Both the position numbers and the translations under genes were made by a program. Shown here piece by piece: positions 10,801-25,800 of a DNA stretch of 64,000 bases. This DNA is from Balanoglossus misakiensis (lineage: Eukaryota > Animalia > Hemichordata): assembly GCA_040954595.2 (NCBI GenBank), contig CM082577.2, positions 1 through 64,000 of the forward strand, read 5' to 3'. The first letter of the stretch is position 1, and each line of letters begins with the position of its first letter. The notes beneath the pieces are model-generated. The model saw only the letters and a program-made list of their open reading frames with translations, was not told the DNA's origin and did not search any database.

Positions 10801-13800
10801 CGCGGTGAATATGGGCCAAGTTGATGGCGACTTCCTGTGAATCCGGGCCAAGTTGCCGGCGACTTCCGGTGGTAACGGCGCGGTGAATCTGGGCCAAGTT
10901 GCCGGTGACTTCCGGTCGTAATGGCGTGGTGAATCTGGGCCAAATTGCCGGCGACTTCCTGTCGTAACGGCGCGGTGAATCTGGGCCAAGTTGCCGGCGA
11001 CTTCCTGTGGTAACGGCGCGGTGAATCTGGGCCAAGTTCATGGCGACTTCCTGTGAATCCGGACCAAGTTGCGGCGACTTCCGGTCGTAACGGCGCGGTG
11101 AATCCGGGCCAAGTTGCCGGCGACTTTCGGTCGTAACGGCGCGGTGAATCTGGGCCAAGTTGCCGGTGACTTCCGGTCGTAACGGCGTGGTGAAACTAGG
11201 CCAAGTTGCCGGCGATTTCCTGTGGTAACGGCGCGATGAATCTCGGCCAAGTTGATGGCGACTTCCTGTGAATCCGGGCCAAGTTGCCGGCGAATTCCGG
11301 TGGTAACGGCGCGGTGAAACTAGGCCAAGTTGCCGGCGACTTCCTGTCGTAACGGAGCGGTGAATTTGGGCAAAGTTGCCGGCGACTTCCGGTCGTAACG
11401 GCGCGGTGAATCTGGGCCAAGTTGCCGTCGACTTCCGGTGGTAACGGCGCGGTGAATCCGGGCCAAGTTGCGGCGACTTCCGGTCGTAACGGCGCGGCGA
11501 ATCCGGGCGAAGTTGCTGGCGACTTTCGGTCATAACGGCGCGGTGAATCTGGGCCAAGTTGCCGGCGACTTCCTGTCGTAATGGCGTGGTTATTCTGGGC
11601 CAAGTTGCCGGCGACTTCCTGTGGTAACGGCGCGGTGAATCTGGGCCAAGTTGATGGCGACTTCCTGTCGTAACGGCGCGGTGAATCTGGGCCAAGTTGC
11701 CGGTGACTTCCGGTCGTAATGGCGTGGTGAATCTGGGCCAAGTTGCCGGCGACTTCCTGTCGTAACGGCGCGGTGAATCTGGGCCAAGTTGCCGTCGACT
11801 TCCGGTGGTAACAGCGCGGTGAATCCGGGCCAAGTTGCGGCGACTTCCGGTCGTAACGGCGCGGCGAATCCGGGCGAAGTTGCTGGCGACTTTCGGTCAT
11901 AACGGCGCGGTGAATCTGGGCCAAGTTGCCGGCGACTTCCTGTCGTAATGGTGTGGTTATTCTGGGCCAAGTTGCCGGCGATTTCCTGTGGTAACGGCGC
12001 GGTGAATCTGGGCCAAGTTGATGGCGACTTCCTGTGAATCCGGGCCAAGTTGCGGCGACTTCCGGTCGTAACGGCGCGGTGAATCTGGGCCAAGTTGCCG
12101 GCGATTTCCTGTGGTAACGGCGCGGTGAATCTGGGCCAAGTTGATGGCGACTTCCTGTGAATCCGGGCCAAGTTGCCGGCGACTTCCGGTGGTAACGGCG
12201 CGGTGAATCTGGGCCAAGTTGCCGGCGAATTCCGGTCATAATGGCGTGGTGAATCTGGGCCAAGTTGCCGGCGACTTCCTGTCGTAATGGCGTGGTGAAT
12301 CTGGGCCAAGTTGCCGGCAACTTCCTGTGGTAATGGCGCGGTGAATCTGGGCCAAGTTGCCGGCGACTTCCGGTGGTAATGGCGCGGTGATTCTGGGCCA
12401 AGTTGCCGGCGACTTCCGGTGGCAACGGCGCGGTGAATCTGGGCCAAGTTGCCGTCGACTTCCGGTCGTAACGGCGCAAGAATCTGGGCCAAGTTGCCGG
12501 CGACTTCCTGTCGAAACGGCGCGGTGAATCTGGGCCAAGTTGCCGGTGACTTCCGGTCGTAATGGCGTGGTGAATCTGGGCCAAGTTGCCGGCGACTTCC
12601 TGTGGTAACGGCGCGGTGAATCTGGGCCAAGTTGATGGCGACTTCCTGTGAATCCGGGCCAAGTTGCGGCGACTTCCGGTCGTAACGGCGCGGTGAATCT
12701 GGGCCAAGTTGCCGGCGATTTCCTGTGGTAACGGGGCGGTAAATCTGGGCCAAGTTGATGGCGACTTCCTGTGAATCCGGGCCAAGTTGCCGGCGACTTC
12801 CGGTGGTAACGGCGCGGTGAATCTAAGGCAAGTTGCCGGCGACTTCCGGTCGTAATGGCGTGGTGAATCTGGGCCAAGTTGCCGGCGACTTCCTGTCGTA
12901 ATGGCGTGGTGAATCTGGGCCAAGTTGCCGGCGACTTCCTGTGGTAACGGCGCGGTGAATATGGGCCAAGTTGATGGCGACTTCCTGTGAATCCGGGCCA
13001 AGTTGCCGGCGACTTCCGGTGGTAACGGCGCGGTGAATCTGGGCCAAGTTGCCGGCGACTTCCTGTCGTAATGGCGTGGTGAATCTGGGCCAAGTTGCCG
13101 GCGACTTCCTGTGGTAACGGCGCGGTGAATATGGGCCAAGTTGATGGCGACTTCCTGTGAATCCGGGCCAAGTTGCCGGCGACTTCCGGTGGTAACGGCG
13201 CGGTGAATCTGGGCCAAGTTGCCGGTGACTTCCGGTCGTAATGGCGTGGTGAATCTGGGCCAAATTGCCGGCGACTTCCTGTCGTAACGGCGCGGTGAAT
13301 CTGGGCCAAGTTGCCGGCGACTTCCTGTGGTAACGGCGCGGTGAATCTGGGCCAAGTTGATGGCGACTTCCTGTGAATCCGGACCAAGTTGCGGCGACTT
13401 CCGGTCGTAACGGCGCGGTGAATCCGGGCCAAGTTGCCGGCGACTTTCGGTCGTAACGGCGCGGTGAATCTGGGCCAAGTTGCCGGTGACTTCCGGTCGT
13501 AACGGCGTGGTGAAACTAGGCCAAGTTGCCGGCGATTTCCTGTGGTAACGGCGCGATGAATCTCGGCCAAGTTGATGGCGACTTCCTGTGAATCCGGGCC
13601 AAGTTGCCGGCGAATTCCGGTGGTAACGGCGCGGTGAAACTAGGCCAAGTTGCCGGCGACTTCCTGTCGTAACGGAGCGGTGAATTTGGGCAAAGTTGCC
13701 GGCGACTTCCGGTCGTAACGGCGCGGTGAATCTGGGCCAAGTTGCCGTCGACTTCCGGTGGTAACGGCGCGGTGAATCCGGGCCAAGTTGCGGCGACTTC

Positions 13801-16800
13801 CGGTCGTAACGGCGCGGCGAATCCGGGCGAAGTTGCTGGCGACTTTCGGTCATAACGGCGCGGTGAATCTGGGCCAAGTTGCCGGCGACTTCCTGTCGTA
13901 ATGGCGTGGTTATTCTGGGCCAAGTTGCCTGCGACTTCCTGTGGTAACGGCGCGGTGAATCTGGGCCAAGTTGATGGCGACTTCCTGTCGTAACGGCGCG
14001 GTGAATCTGGGCCAAGTTGCCGGTGACTTCCGGTCGTAATGGCGTGGTGAATCTGGGCCAAGTTGCCGGCGACTTCCTGTCGTAACGGCGCGGTGAATCT
14101 GGGCCAAGTTGCCGTCGACTTCCGGTGGTAACAGCGCGGTGAATCCGGGCCAAGTTGCGGCGACTTCCGGTCGTAACGGCGCGGCGAATCCGGGCGAAGT
14201 TGCTGGCGACTTTCGGTCATAACGGCGCGGTGAATCTGGGCCAAGTTGCCGGCGACTTCCTGTCGTAATGGCGTGGTTATTCTGGGCCAAGTTGCCGGCG
14301 ATTTCCTGTGGTAACGGCGCGGTGAATCTGGGCCAAGTTGATGGCGACTTCCTGTGAATCCGGGCCAAGTTGATGGCGACTTCCTGTGAATCCGGGCCAA
14401 GTTGCGGCGACTTCCGGTCGTAACGGCGCGGTGAATCTGGGCCAAGTTGCCGGCGATTTCCTGTGGTAACGGCGCGGTGAATCTGGGCCAAGTTGATGGC
14501 GACTTCCTGTGAATCCGGGCCAAGTTGCCGGCGACTTCCTGTCGTAATGGCGTGGTGAATCTGGGCCAAGTTGCCGGCGACTTCCGGTGGTAATGGCGCG
14601 GTGATTCTGGGCCAAGTTGCCGGCGACTTCCGGTGGCAACGGCGCGGTGAATCTGGGCCAAGTTGCCGGCGACTTCCGGTGGTAACGGCGCGGTGAATCT
14701 AAGGCAAGTTGCCGGCGACTTCCGGTCGTAATGGCGTGGTGAATCTGGGCCAAGTTGCCGGCGACTTCCTGTCGTAATGGCGTGGTGAATCTGGGCCAAG
14801 TTGCCGGCGACTTCCTGTGGTAACGGCGCGGTGAATCTGGGCCAAGTTGATGGCGACTTCCTGTGAATCCGGACCAAGTTGCGGCGACTTCCGGTCGTAA
14901 CGGCGCGGTGAATCCGGGCCAAGTTGCCGGCGACTTTCGGTCGTAACGGCGCGGTGAATCTGGGCCAAGTTGCCGGTGACTTCCGGTCGTAACGGCGTGG
15001 TGAAACTAGGCCAAGTTGCCGGCGATTTCCTGTGGTAACGGCGCGATGAATCTCGGCCAAGTTGATGGCGACTTCCTGTGAATCCGGGCCAAGTTGCCGG
15101 CGAATTCCGGTGGTAACGGCGCGGTGAAACTAGGCCAAGTTGCCGGCGACTTCCTGTCGTAACGGAGCGGTGAATTTGGGCAAAGTTGCCGGCGACTTCC
15201 GGTCGTAACGGCGCGGTGAATCTGGGCCAAGTTGCCGTCGACTTCCGGTGGTAACGGCGCGGTGAATCCGGGCCAAGTTGCGGCGACTTCCGGTCGTAAC
15301 GGCGCGGCGAATCCGGGCGAAGTTGCTGGCGACTTTCGGTCATAACGGCGCGGTGAATCTGGGCCAAGTTGCCGGCGACTTCCTGTCGTAATGGCGTGGT
15401 TATTCTGGGCCAAGTTGCCGGCGACTTCCTGTGGTAACGGCGCGGTGAATCTGGGCCAAGTTGAAGGCGACTTCCTGTCGTAACGGCGCGGTGAATCTGG
15501 GCCAAGTTGCCGGTGACTTCCGGTCGTAATGGCGTGGTGAATCTGGGCCAAGTTGCCGGCGACTTCCTGTCGTAACGGCGCGGTGAATCTGGGCCAAGTT
15601 GCCGTCGACTTCCGGTGGTAACAGCGCGGTGAATCCGGGCCAAGTTGCGGCGACTTCCGGTCGTAACGGCGCGGCGAATCCGGGCGAAGTTGCTGGCGAC
15701 TTTCGGTCATAACGGCGCGGTGAATCTGGGCCAAGTTGCCGGCGACTTCCTGTCGTAATGGTGTGGTTATTCTGGGCCAAGTTGCCGGCGATTTCCTGTG
15801 GTAACGGCGCGGTGAATCTGGGCCAAGTTGCGGCGACTTCCGGTCGTAACGGCGCGGCGAATCCGGGCGAAGTTGCTGGCGACTTTCGGTCATAACGGCG
15901 CGGTGAATCTGGGCCAAGTTGCCGGCGACTTCCTGTCGTAATGGCGTGGTTATTCTGGGCCAAGTTGCCGGCGACTTCCTGTGGTAACGGCGCGGTGAAT
16001 CTGGGCCAAGTTGATGGCGACTTCCTGTCGTAACGGCGCGGTGAATCTGGGCCAAGTTGCCGGTGACTTCCGGTCGTAATGGCGTGGTGAATCTGGGCCA
16101 AGTTGCCGGCGACTTCCTGTCGTAACGGCGCGGTGAATCTGGGCCAAGTTGCCGTCGACTTCCGGTGGTAACAGCGCGGTGAATCCGGGCCAAGTTGCGG
16201 CGACTTCCGGTCGTAACGGCGCGGCGAATCCGGGCGAAGTTGCTGGCGACTTTCGGTCATAACGGCGCGGTGAATCTGGGCCAAGTTGCCGGCGACTTCC
16301 TGTCGTAATGGTGTGGTTATTCTGGGCCAAGTTGCCGGCGATTTCCTGTGGTAACGGCGCGGTGAATCTGGGCCAAGTTGATGGCGACTTCCTGTGAATC
16401 CGGGCCAAGTTGCGGCGACTTCCGGTCGTAACGGCGCGGTGAATCTGGGCCAAGTTGCCGGCGATTTCCTGTGGTAACGGCGCGGTGAATCTGGGCCAAG
16501 TTGATGGCGACTTCCTGTGAATCCGGGCCAAGTTGCCGGCGACTTCCGGTGGTAACGGCGCGGTGAATCTGGGCCAAGTTGCCGGCGAATTCCGGTCATA
16601 ATGGCGTGGTGAATCTGGGCCAAGTTGCCGGCGACTTCCTGTCGTAATGGCGTGGTGAATCTGGGCCAAGTTGCCGGCAACTTCCTGTGGTAATGGCGCG
16701 GTGAATCTGGGCCAAGTTGCCGGCGACTTCCGGTGGTAATGGCGCGGTGATTCTGGGCCAAGTTGCCGGCGACTTCCGGTGGCAACGGCGCGGTGAATCT

Positions 16801-19800
16801 GGGCCAAGTTGCCGTCGACTTCCGGTCGTAACGGCGCAAGAATCTGGGCCAAGTTGCCGGCGACTTCCTGTCGAAACGGCGCGGTGAATCTGGGCCAAGT
16901 TGCCGGTGACTTCCGGTCGTAATGGCGTGGTGAATCTGGGCCAAGTTGCCGGCGACTTCCTGTGGTAACGGCGCGGTGAATCTGGGCCAAGTTGATGGCG
17001 ACTTCCTGTGAATCCGGGCCAAGTTGCGGCGACTTCCGGTCGTAACGGCGCGGTGAATCTGGGCCAAGTTGCCGGCGATTTCCTGTGGTAACGGGGCGGT
17101 AAATCTGGGCCAAGTTGATGGCGACTTCCTGTGAATCCGGGCCAAGTTGCCGGCGACTTCCGGTGGTAACGGCGCGGTGAATCTAAGGCAAGTTGCCGGC
17201 GACTTCCGGTCGTAATGGCGTGGTGAATCTGGGCCAAGTTGCCGGCGACTTCCTGTCGTAATGGCGTGGTGAATCTGGGCCAAGTTGCCGGCGACTTCCT
17301 GTGGTAACGGCGCGGTGAATATGGGCCAAGTTGATGGCGACTTCCTGTGAATCCGGGCCAAGTTGCCGGCGACTTCCGGTGGTAACGGCGCGGTGAATCT
17401 GGGCCAAGTTGCCGGCGACTTCCTGTCGTAATGGCGTGGTGAATCTGGGCCAAGTTGCCGGCGACTTCCTGTGGTAACGGCGCGGTGAATATGGGCCAAG
17501 TTGATGGCGACTTCCTGTGAATCTGGGCCAAGTTGCCGGTGACTTCCGGTCGTAATGGCGTGGTGAATCTGGGCCAAATTGCCGGCGACTTCCTGTCGTA
17601 ACGGCGCGGTGAATCTGGGCCAAGTTGCCGGCGACTTCCTGTGGTAACGGCGCGGTGAGTCTGGGCCAAGTTGATGGCGACTTCCTGTGAATCCGGACCA
17701 AGTTGCGGCGACTTCCGGTCGTAACGGCGCGGTGAATCCGGGCCAAGTTGCCGGCGACTTTCGGTCGTAACGGCGCGGTGAATCTGGGCCAAGTTGCCGG
17801 TGACTTCCGGTCGTAACGGCGTGGTGAAACTAGGCCAAGTTGCCGGCGATTTCCTGTGGTAACGGCGCGATGAATCTCGGCCAAGTTGATGGCGACTTCC
17901 TGTGAATCCGGGCCAAGTTGCCGGCGAATTCCGGTGGTAACGGCGCGGTGAAACTAGGCCAAGTTGCCGGCGACTTCCTGTCGTAACGGAGCGGTGAATT
18001 TGGGCAAAGTTGCCGGCGACTTCCGGTCGTAACGGCGCGGTGAATCTGGGCCAAGTTGCCGTCGACTTCCGGTGGTAACGGCGCGGTGAATCCGGGCCAA
18101 GTTGCGGCGACTTCCGGTCGTAACGGCGCGGCGAATCCGGGCGAAGTTGCTGGCGACTTTCGGTCATAACGGCGCGGTGAATCTGGGCCAAGTTGCCGGC
18201 GACTTCCTGTCGTAATGGCGTGGTTATTCTGGGCCAAGTTGCCGGCGACTTCCTGTGGTAACGGCGCGGTGAATCTGGGCCAAGTTGATGGCGACTTCCT
18301 GTCGTAACGGCGCGGTGAATCTGGGCCAAGTTGCCGGTGACTTCCGGTCGTAATGGCGTGGTGAATCTGGGCCAAGTTGCCGGCGACTTCCTGTCGTAAC
18401 GGCGCGGTGAATCTGGGCCAAGTTGCCGTCGACTTCCGGTGGTAACAGCGCGGTGAATCCGGGCCAAGTTGCGGCGACTTCCGGTCGTAACGGCGCGGCG
18501 AATCCGGGCGAAGTTGCTGGCGACTTTCGGTCATAACGGCGCGGTGAATCTGGGCCAAGTTGCCGGCGACTTCCTGTCGTAATGGTGTGGTTATTCTGGG
18601 CCAAGTTGCCGGCGATTTCCTGTGGTAACGGCGCGGTGAATCTGGGCCAAGTTGATGGCGACTTCCTGTGAATCCGGGCCAAGTTGCGGCGACTTCCGGT
18701 CGTAACGGCGCGGTGAATCTGGGCCAAGTTGCCGGCGATTTCCTGTGGTAACGGCGCGGTGAATCTGGGCCAAGTTGATGGCGACTTCCTGTGAATCCGG
18801 GCCAAGTTGCCGGCGACTTCCGGTGGTAACGGCGCGGTGAATCTGGGCCAAGTTGCCGGCGAATTCCGGTCATAATGGCGTGGTGAATCTGGGCCAAGTT
18901 GCCGGCGACTTCCTGTCGTAATGGCGTGGTGAATCTGGGCCAAGTTGCCGGCAACTTCCTGTGGTAATGGCGCGGTGAATCTGGGCCAAGTTGCCGGCGA
19001 CTTCCGGTGGTAATGGCGCGGTGATTCTGGGCCAAGTTGCCGGCGACTTCCGGTGGCAACGGCGCGGTGAATCTGGGCCAAGTTGCCGTCGACTTCCGGT
19101 CGTAACGGCGCAAGAATCTGGGCCAAGTTGCCGGCGACTTCCTGTCGAAACGGCGCGGTGAATCTGGGCCAAGTTGCCGGTGACTTCCGGTCGTAATGGC
19201 GTGGTGAATCTGGGCCAAGTTGCCGGCGACTTCCTGTGGTAACGGCGCGGTGAATCTGGGCCAAGTTGATGGCGACTTCCTGTGAATCCGGGCCAAGTTG
19301 CGGCGACTTCCGGTCGTAACGGCGCGGTGAATCTGGGCCAAGTTGCCGGCGATTTACTGTGGTAACGGGGCGGTAAATCTGGGCCAAGTTGATGGCGACT
19401 TCCTGTGAATCCGGGCCAAGTTGCCGGCGACTTCCGGTGGTAACGGCGCGGTGAATCTAAGGCAAGTTGCCGGCGACTTCCGGTCGTAATGGCGTGGTGA
19501 ATCTGGGCCAAGTTGCCGGCGACTTCCTGTCGTAATGGCGTGGTGAATCTGGGCCAAGTTGCCGGCGACTTCCTGTGGTAACGGCGCGGTGAATATGGGC
19601 CAAGTTGATGGCGACTTCCTGTGAATCCGGGCCAAGTTGCCGGCGACTTCCGGTGGTAACGGCGCGGTGAATCTGGGCCAAGTTGCCGGCGACTTCCTGT
19701 CGTAATGGCGTGGTGAATCTGGGCCAAGTTGCCGGCGACTTCCTGTGGTAACGGCGCGGTGAATATGGGCCAAGTTGATGGCGACTTCCTGTGAATCCGG

Positions 19801-22800
19801 GCCAAGTTGCCGGCGACTTCCGGTGGTAACGGCGCGGTGAATCTGGGCCAAGTTGCCGGTGACTTCCGGTCGTAATGGCGTGGTGAATCTGGGCCAAATT
19901 GCCGGCGACTTCCTGTCGTAACGGCGCGGTGAATCTGGGCCAAGTTGCCGGCGACTTCCTGTGGTAACGGCGCGGTGAGTCTGGGCCAAGTTGATGGCGA
20001 CTTCCTGTGAATCCGGACCAAGTTGCGGCGACTTCCGGTCGTAACGGCGCGGTGAATCCGGGCCAAGTTGCCGGCGACTTTCGGTCGTAACGGCGCGGTG
20101 AATCTGGGCCAAGTTGCCGGTGACTTCCGGTCGTAACGGCGTGGTGAAACTAGGCCAAGTTGCCGGCGATTTCCTGTGGTAACGGCGCGATGAATCTCGG
20201 CCAAGTTGATGGCGACTTCCTGTGAATCCGGGCCAAGTTGCCGGCGAATTCCGGTGGTAACGGCGCGGTGAAACTAGGCCAAGTTGCCGGCGACTTCCTG
20301 TCGTAACGGAGCGGTGAATTTGGGCAAAGTTGCCGGCGACTTCCGGTCGTAACGGCGCGGTGAATCTGGGCCAAGTTGCCGTCGACTTCCGGTGGTAACG
20401 GCGCGGTGAATCCGGGCCAAGTTGCGGCGACTTCCGGTCGTAACGGCGCGGCGAATCCGGGCGAAGTTGCTGGCGACTTTCGGTCATAACGGCGCGGTGA
20501 ATCTGGGCCAAGTTGCCGGCGACTTCCTGTCGTAATGGCGTGGTTATTCTGGGCCAAGTTGCCGGCGACTTCCTGTGGTAACGGCGCGGTGAATCTGGGC
20601 CAAGTTGATGGCGACTTCCTGTCGTAACGGCGCGGTGAATCTGGGCCAAGTTGCCGGTGACTTCCGGTCGTAATGGCGTGGTGAATCTGGGCCAAGTTGC
20701 CGGCGACTTCCTGTCGTAACGGCGCGGTGAATCTGGGCCAAGTTGCCGTCCACTTCCGGTGGTAACAGCGCGGTGAATCCGGGCCAAGTTGCGGCGACTT
20801 CCGGTCGTAACGGCGCGGCGAATCCGGGCGAAGTTGCTGGCGACTTTCGGTCATAACGGCGCGGTGAATCTGGGCCAAGTTGCCGGCGACTTCCTGTCGT
20901 AATGGCGTGGTTATTCTGGGCCAAGTTGCCGGCGATTTCCTGTGGTAACGGCGCGGTGAATCTGGGCCAAGTTGATGGCGACTTCCTGTGAATCCGGGCC
21001 AAGTTGATGGCGACTTCCTGTGAATCCGGGCCAAGTTGCGGCGACTTCCGGTCGTAACGGCGCGGTGAATCTGGGCCAAGTTGCCGGCGATTTCCTGTGG
21101 TAACGGCGCGGTGAATCTGGGCCACGTTGATGGCGACTTCCTGTGAATCCGGGCCAAGTTGCCGGCGACTTCCTGTCGTAATGGCGTGGTGAATCTGGGC
21201 CAAGTTGCCGGCGACTTCCGGTGGTAATGGCGTGGTGATTCTGGGCCAAGTTGCCGGCGACTTCCGGTGGCAACGGCGCGGTGAATCTGGGCCAAGTTGC
21301 CGGCGACTTCCGGTGGTAACGGCGCGGTGAATCTAAGGCAAGTTGCCGGCGACTTCCGGTCGTAATGGCGTGGTGAATCTGGGCCAAGTTGCCGGCGACT
21401 TCCTGTCGTAATGGCGTGGTGAATCTGGGCCAAGTTGCCGGCGACTTCCTGTGGTAACGGCGCGGTGAATATGGGCCAAGTTGATGGCGACTTCCTGTGA
21501 ATCCGGGCCAAGTTGCCGGCGACTTCCGGTGGTAACGGCGCGGTGAATCTGGGCCAAGTTGCCGGTGACTTCCGGTCGTAATGGCGTGGTGAATCTGGGC
21601 CAAATTGCCGGCGACTTCCTGTCGTAACGGCGCGGTGAATCTGGGCCAAGTTGCCGGCGACTTCCTGTGGTAACGGCGCGGTGAATCTGGGCCAAGTTGA
21701 TGGCGACTTCCTGTGAATCCGGACCAAGTTGCGGCGACTTCCGGTCGTAACGGCGCGGTGAATCCGGACCAAGTTGCCGGCGACTTTCGGTCGTAACGGC
21801 GCGGTGAATCTGGGCCAAGTTGCCGGTGACTTCCGGTCGTAACGGCGTGGTGAAACTAGGCCAAGTTGCCGGCGATTTCCTGTGGTAACGGCGCGATGAA
21901 TCTCGGCCAAGTTGATGGCGACTTCCTGTGAATCCGGGCCAAGTTGCCGGCGAATTCCGGTGGTAACGGCGCGGTGAAACTAGGCCAAGTTGCCGGCGAC
22001 TTCCTGTCGTAACGGAGCGGTGAATTTGGGCAAAGTTGCCGGCGACTTCCGGTCGTAACGGCGCGGTGAATCTGGGCCAAGTTGCCGTCGACTTCCGGTG
22101 GTAACGGCGCGGTGAATCCGGGCCAAGTTGCGGCGACTTCCGGTCGTAACGGCGCGGCGAATCCGGGCGAAGTTGCTGGCGACTTTCGGTCATAACGGCG
22201 CGGTGAATCTGGGCCAAGTTGCCGGCGACTTCCTGTCGTAATGGCGTGGTTATTCTGGGCCAAGTTGCCGGCGACTTCCTGTGGTAACGGCGCGGTGAAT
22301 CTGGGCCAAGTTGATGGCGACTTCCTGTCGTAACGGCGCGGTGAATCTGGGCCAAGTTGCCGGTGACTTCCGGTCGTAATGGCGTGGTGAATCTGGGCCA
22401 AGTTGCCGGCGACTTCCTGTCGTAACGGCGCGGTGAATCTGGGCCAAGTTGCCGTCCACTTCCGGTGGTAACAGCGCGGTGAATCCGGGCCAAGTTGCGG
22501 CGACTTCCGGTCGTAACGGCGCGGCGAATCCGGGCGAAGTTGCTGGCGACTTTCGGTCATAACGGCGCGGTGAATCTGGGCCAAGTTGCCGGCGACTTCC
22601 TGTCGTAATGGCGTGGTTATTCTGGGCCAAGTTGCCGGCGATTTCCTGTGGTAACGGCGCGGTGAATCTGGGCCAAGTTGATGGCGACTTCCTGTGAATC
22701 CGGGCCAAGTTGATGGCGACTTCCTGTGAATCCGGGCCAAGTTGCGGCGACTTCCGGTCGTAACGGCGCGGTGAATCTGGGCCAAGTTGCCGGCGATTTC

Positions 22801-25800
22801 CTGTGGTAACGGCGCGGTGAATCTGGGCCACGTTGATGGCGACTTCCTGTGAATCCGGGCCAAGTTGCCGGCGACTTCCTGTCGTAATGGCGTGGTGAAT
22901 CTGGGCCAAGTTGCCGGCGACTTCCGGTGGTAATGGCGTGGTGATTCTGGGCCAAGTTGCCGGCGACTTCCGGTGGCAACGGCGCGGTGAATCTGGGCCA
23001 AGTTGCCGGCGACTTCCGGTGGTAACGGCGCGGTGAATCTAAGGCAAGTTGCCGGCGACTTCCGGTCGTAATGGCGTGGTGAATCTGGGCCAAGTTGCCG
23101 GCGACTTCCTGTCGTAATGGCGTGGTGAATCTGGGCCAAGTTGCCGGCGACTTCCTGTGGTAACGGCGCGGTGAATATGGGCCAAGTTGATGGCGACTTC
23201 CTGTGAATCCGGGCCAAGTTGCCGGCGACTTCCGGTGGTAACGGCGCGGTGAATCTGGGCCAAGTTGCCGGTGACTTCCGGTCGTAATGGCGTGGTGAAT
23301 CTGGGCCAAATTGCCGGCGACTTCCTGTCGTAACGGCGCGGTGAATCTGGGCCAAGTTGCCGGCGACTTCCTGTGGTAACGGCGCGGTGAATCTGGGCCA
23401 AGTTGATGGCGACTTCCTGTGAATCCGGACCAAGTTGCGGCGACTTCCGGTCGTAACGGCGCGGTGAATCCGGGCCAAGTTGCCGGCGACTTTCGGTCGT
23501 AACGGCGCGGTGAATCTGGGCCAAGTTGCCGGTGACTTCCGGTCGTAACGGCGTGGTGAAACTAGGCCAAGTTGCCGGCGATTTCCTGTGGTAACGGCGC
23601 GATGAATCTCGGCCAAGTTGATGGCGACTTCCTGTGAATCCGGGCCAAGTTGCCGGCGAATTCCGGTGGTAACGGCGCGGTGAAACTAGGCCAAGTTGCC
23701 GGCGACTTCCTGTCGTAACGGAGCGGTGAATTTGGGCAAAGTTGCCGGCGACTTCCGGTCGTAACGGCGCGGTGAATCTGGGCCAAGTTGCCGTCGACTT
23801 CCGGTGGTAACGGCGCGGTGAATCCGGGCCAAGTTGCGGCGACTTCCGGTCGTAACGGCGCGGCGAATCCGGGCGAAGTTGCTGGCGACTTTCGGTCATA
23901 ACGGCGCGGTGAATCTGGGCCAAGTTGCCGGCGACTTCCTGTCGTAATGGCGTGGTTATTCTGGGCCAAGTTGCCGGCGACTTCCTGTGGTAACGGCGCG
24001 GTGAATCTGGGCCAAGTTGATGGCGACTTCCTGTCGTAACGGCGCGGTGAATCTGGGCCAAGTTGCCGGTGACTTCCGGTCGTAATGGCGTGGTGAATCT
24101 GGGCCAAGTTGCCGGCGACTTCCTGTCGTAACGGCGCGGTGAATCTGGGCCAAGTTGCCGTCGACTTCCGGTGGTAACAGCGCGGTGAATCCGGGCCAAG
24201 TTGCGGCGACTTCCGGTCGTAACGGCGCGGCGAATCCGGGCGAAGTTGCTGGCGACTTTCGGTCATAACGGCGCGGTGAATCTGGGCCAAGTTGCCGGCG
24301 ACTTCCTGTCGTAATGGTGTGGTTATTCTGGGCCAAGTTGCCGGCGAATTCCTGTGGTAACGGCGCGGTGAATCTGGGCCAAGTTGATGGCGACTTCCTG
24401 TGAATCCGGGCCAAGTTGCGGCGACTTCCGGTCGTAACGGCGCGGTGAATCTGGGCCAAGTTGCCGGCGATTTCCTGTGGTAACGGCGCGGTGAATCTGG
24501 GCCAAGTTGATGGCGACTTCCTGTGAATCCGGGCCAAGTTGCCGGCGACTTCCGGTGGTAACGGCGCGGTGAATCTGGGCCAAGTTGCCGGCGAATTCCG
24601 GTCATAATGGCGTGGTGAATCTGGGCCAAGTTGCCGGCGACTTCCTGTCGTAATGGCGTGGTGAATCTGGGCCAAGTTGCCGGCAACTTCCTGTGGTAAT
24701 GGCGCGGTGAATCTGGGCCAAGTTGCCGGCGACTTCCGGTGGTAATGGCGCGGTGATTCTGGGCCAAGTTGCCGGCGACTTCCGGTGGCAACGGCGCGGT
24801 GAATCTGGGCCAAGTTGCCGTCGACTTCCGGTCGTAACGGCGCAAGAATCTGGGCCAAGTTGCCGGCGACTTCCTGTCGAAACGGCGCGGTGAATCTGGG
24901 CCAAGTTGCCGGTGACTTCCGGTCGTAATGGCGTGGTGAATCTGGGCCAAGTTGCCGGCGACTTCCTGTGGTAACGGCGCGGTGAATCTGGGCCAAGTTG
25001 ATGGCGACTTCCTGTGAATCCGGGCCAAGTTGCGGCGACTTCCGGTCGTAACGGCGCGGTGAATCTGGGCCAAGTTGCCGGCGATTTCCTGTGGTAACGG
25101 GGCGGTAAATCTGGGCCAAGTTGATGGCGACTTCCTGTGAATCCGGGCCAAGTTGCCGGCGACTTCCGGTGGTAACGGCGCGGTGAATCTAAGGCAAGTT
25201 GCCGGCGACTTCCGGTCGTAATGGCGTGGTGAATCTGGGCCAAGTTGCCGGCGACTTCCTGTCGTAATGGCGTGGTGAATCTGGGCCAAGTTGCCGGCGA
25301 CTTCCTGTCGTAATGGCGTGGTTATTCTGGGCCAAGTTGCCGGCGACTTCCTGTGGTAACGGCGCGGTGAATCTGGGCCAAGTTGATGGCGACTTCCTGT
25401 CGTAACGGCGCGGTGAATCTGGGCCAAGTTGCCGGTGACTTCCGGTCGTAATGGCGTGGTGAATCTGGGCCAAGTTGCCGGCGACTTCCTGTCGTAACGG
25501 CGCGGTGAATCTGGGCCAAGTTGCCGTCGACTTCCGGTGGTAACAGCGCGGTGAATCCGGGCCAAGTTGCGGCGACTTCCGGTCGTAACGGCGCGGCGAA
25601 TCCGGGCGAAGTTGCTGGCGACTTTCGGTCATAACGGCGCGGTGAATCTGGGCCAAGTTGCCGGCGACTTCCTGTCGTAATGGCGTGGTTATTCTGGGCC
25701 AAGTTGCCGGCGATTTCCTGTGGTAACGGCGCGGTGAATCTGGGCCAAGTTGATGGCGACTTCCTGTGAATCCGGGCCAAGTTGATGGCGACTTCCTGTG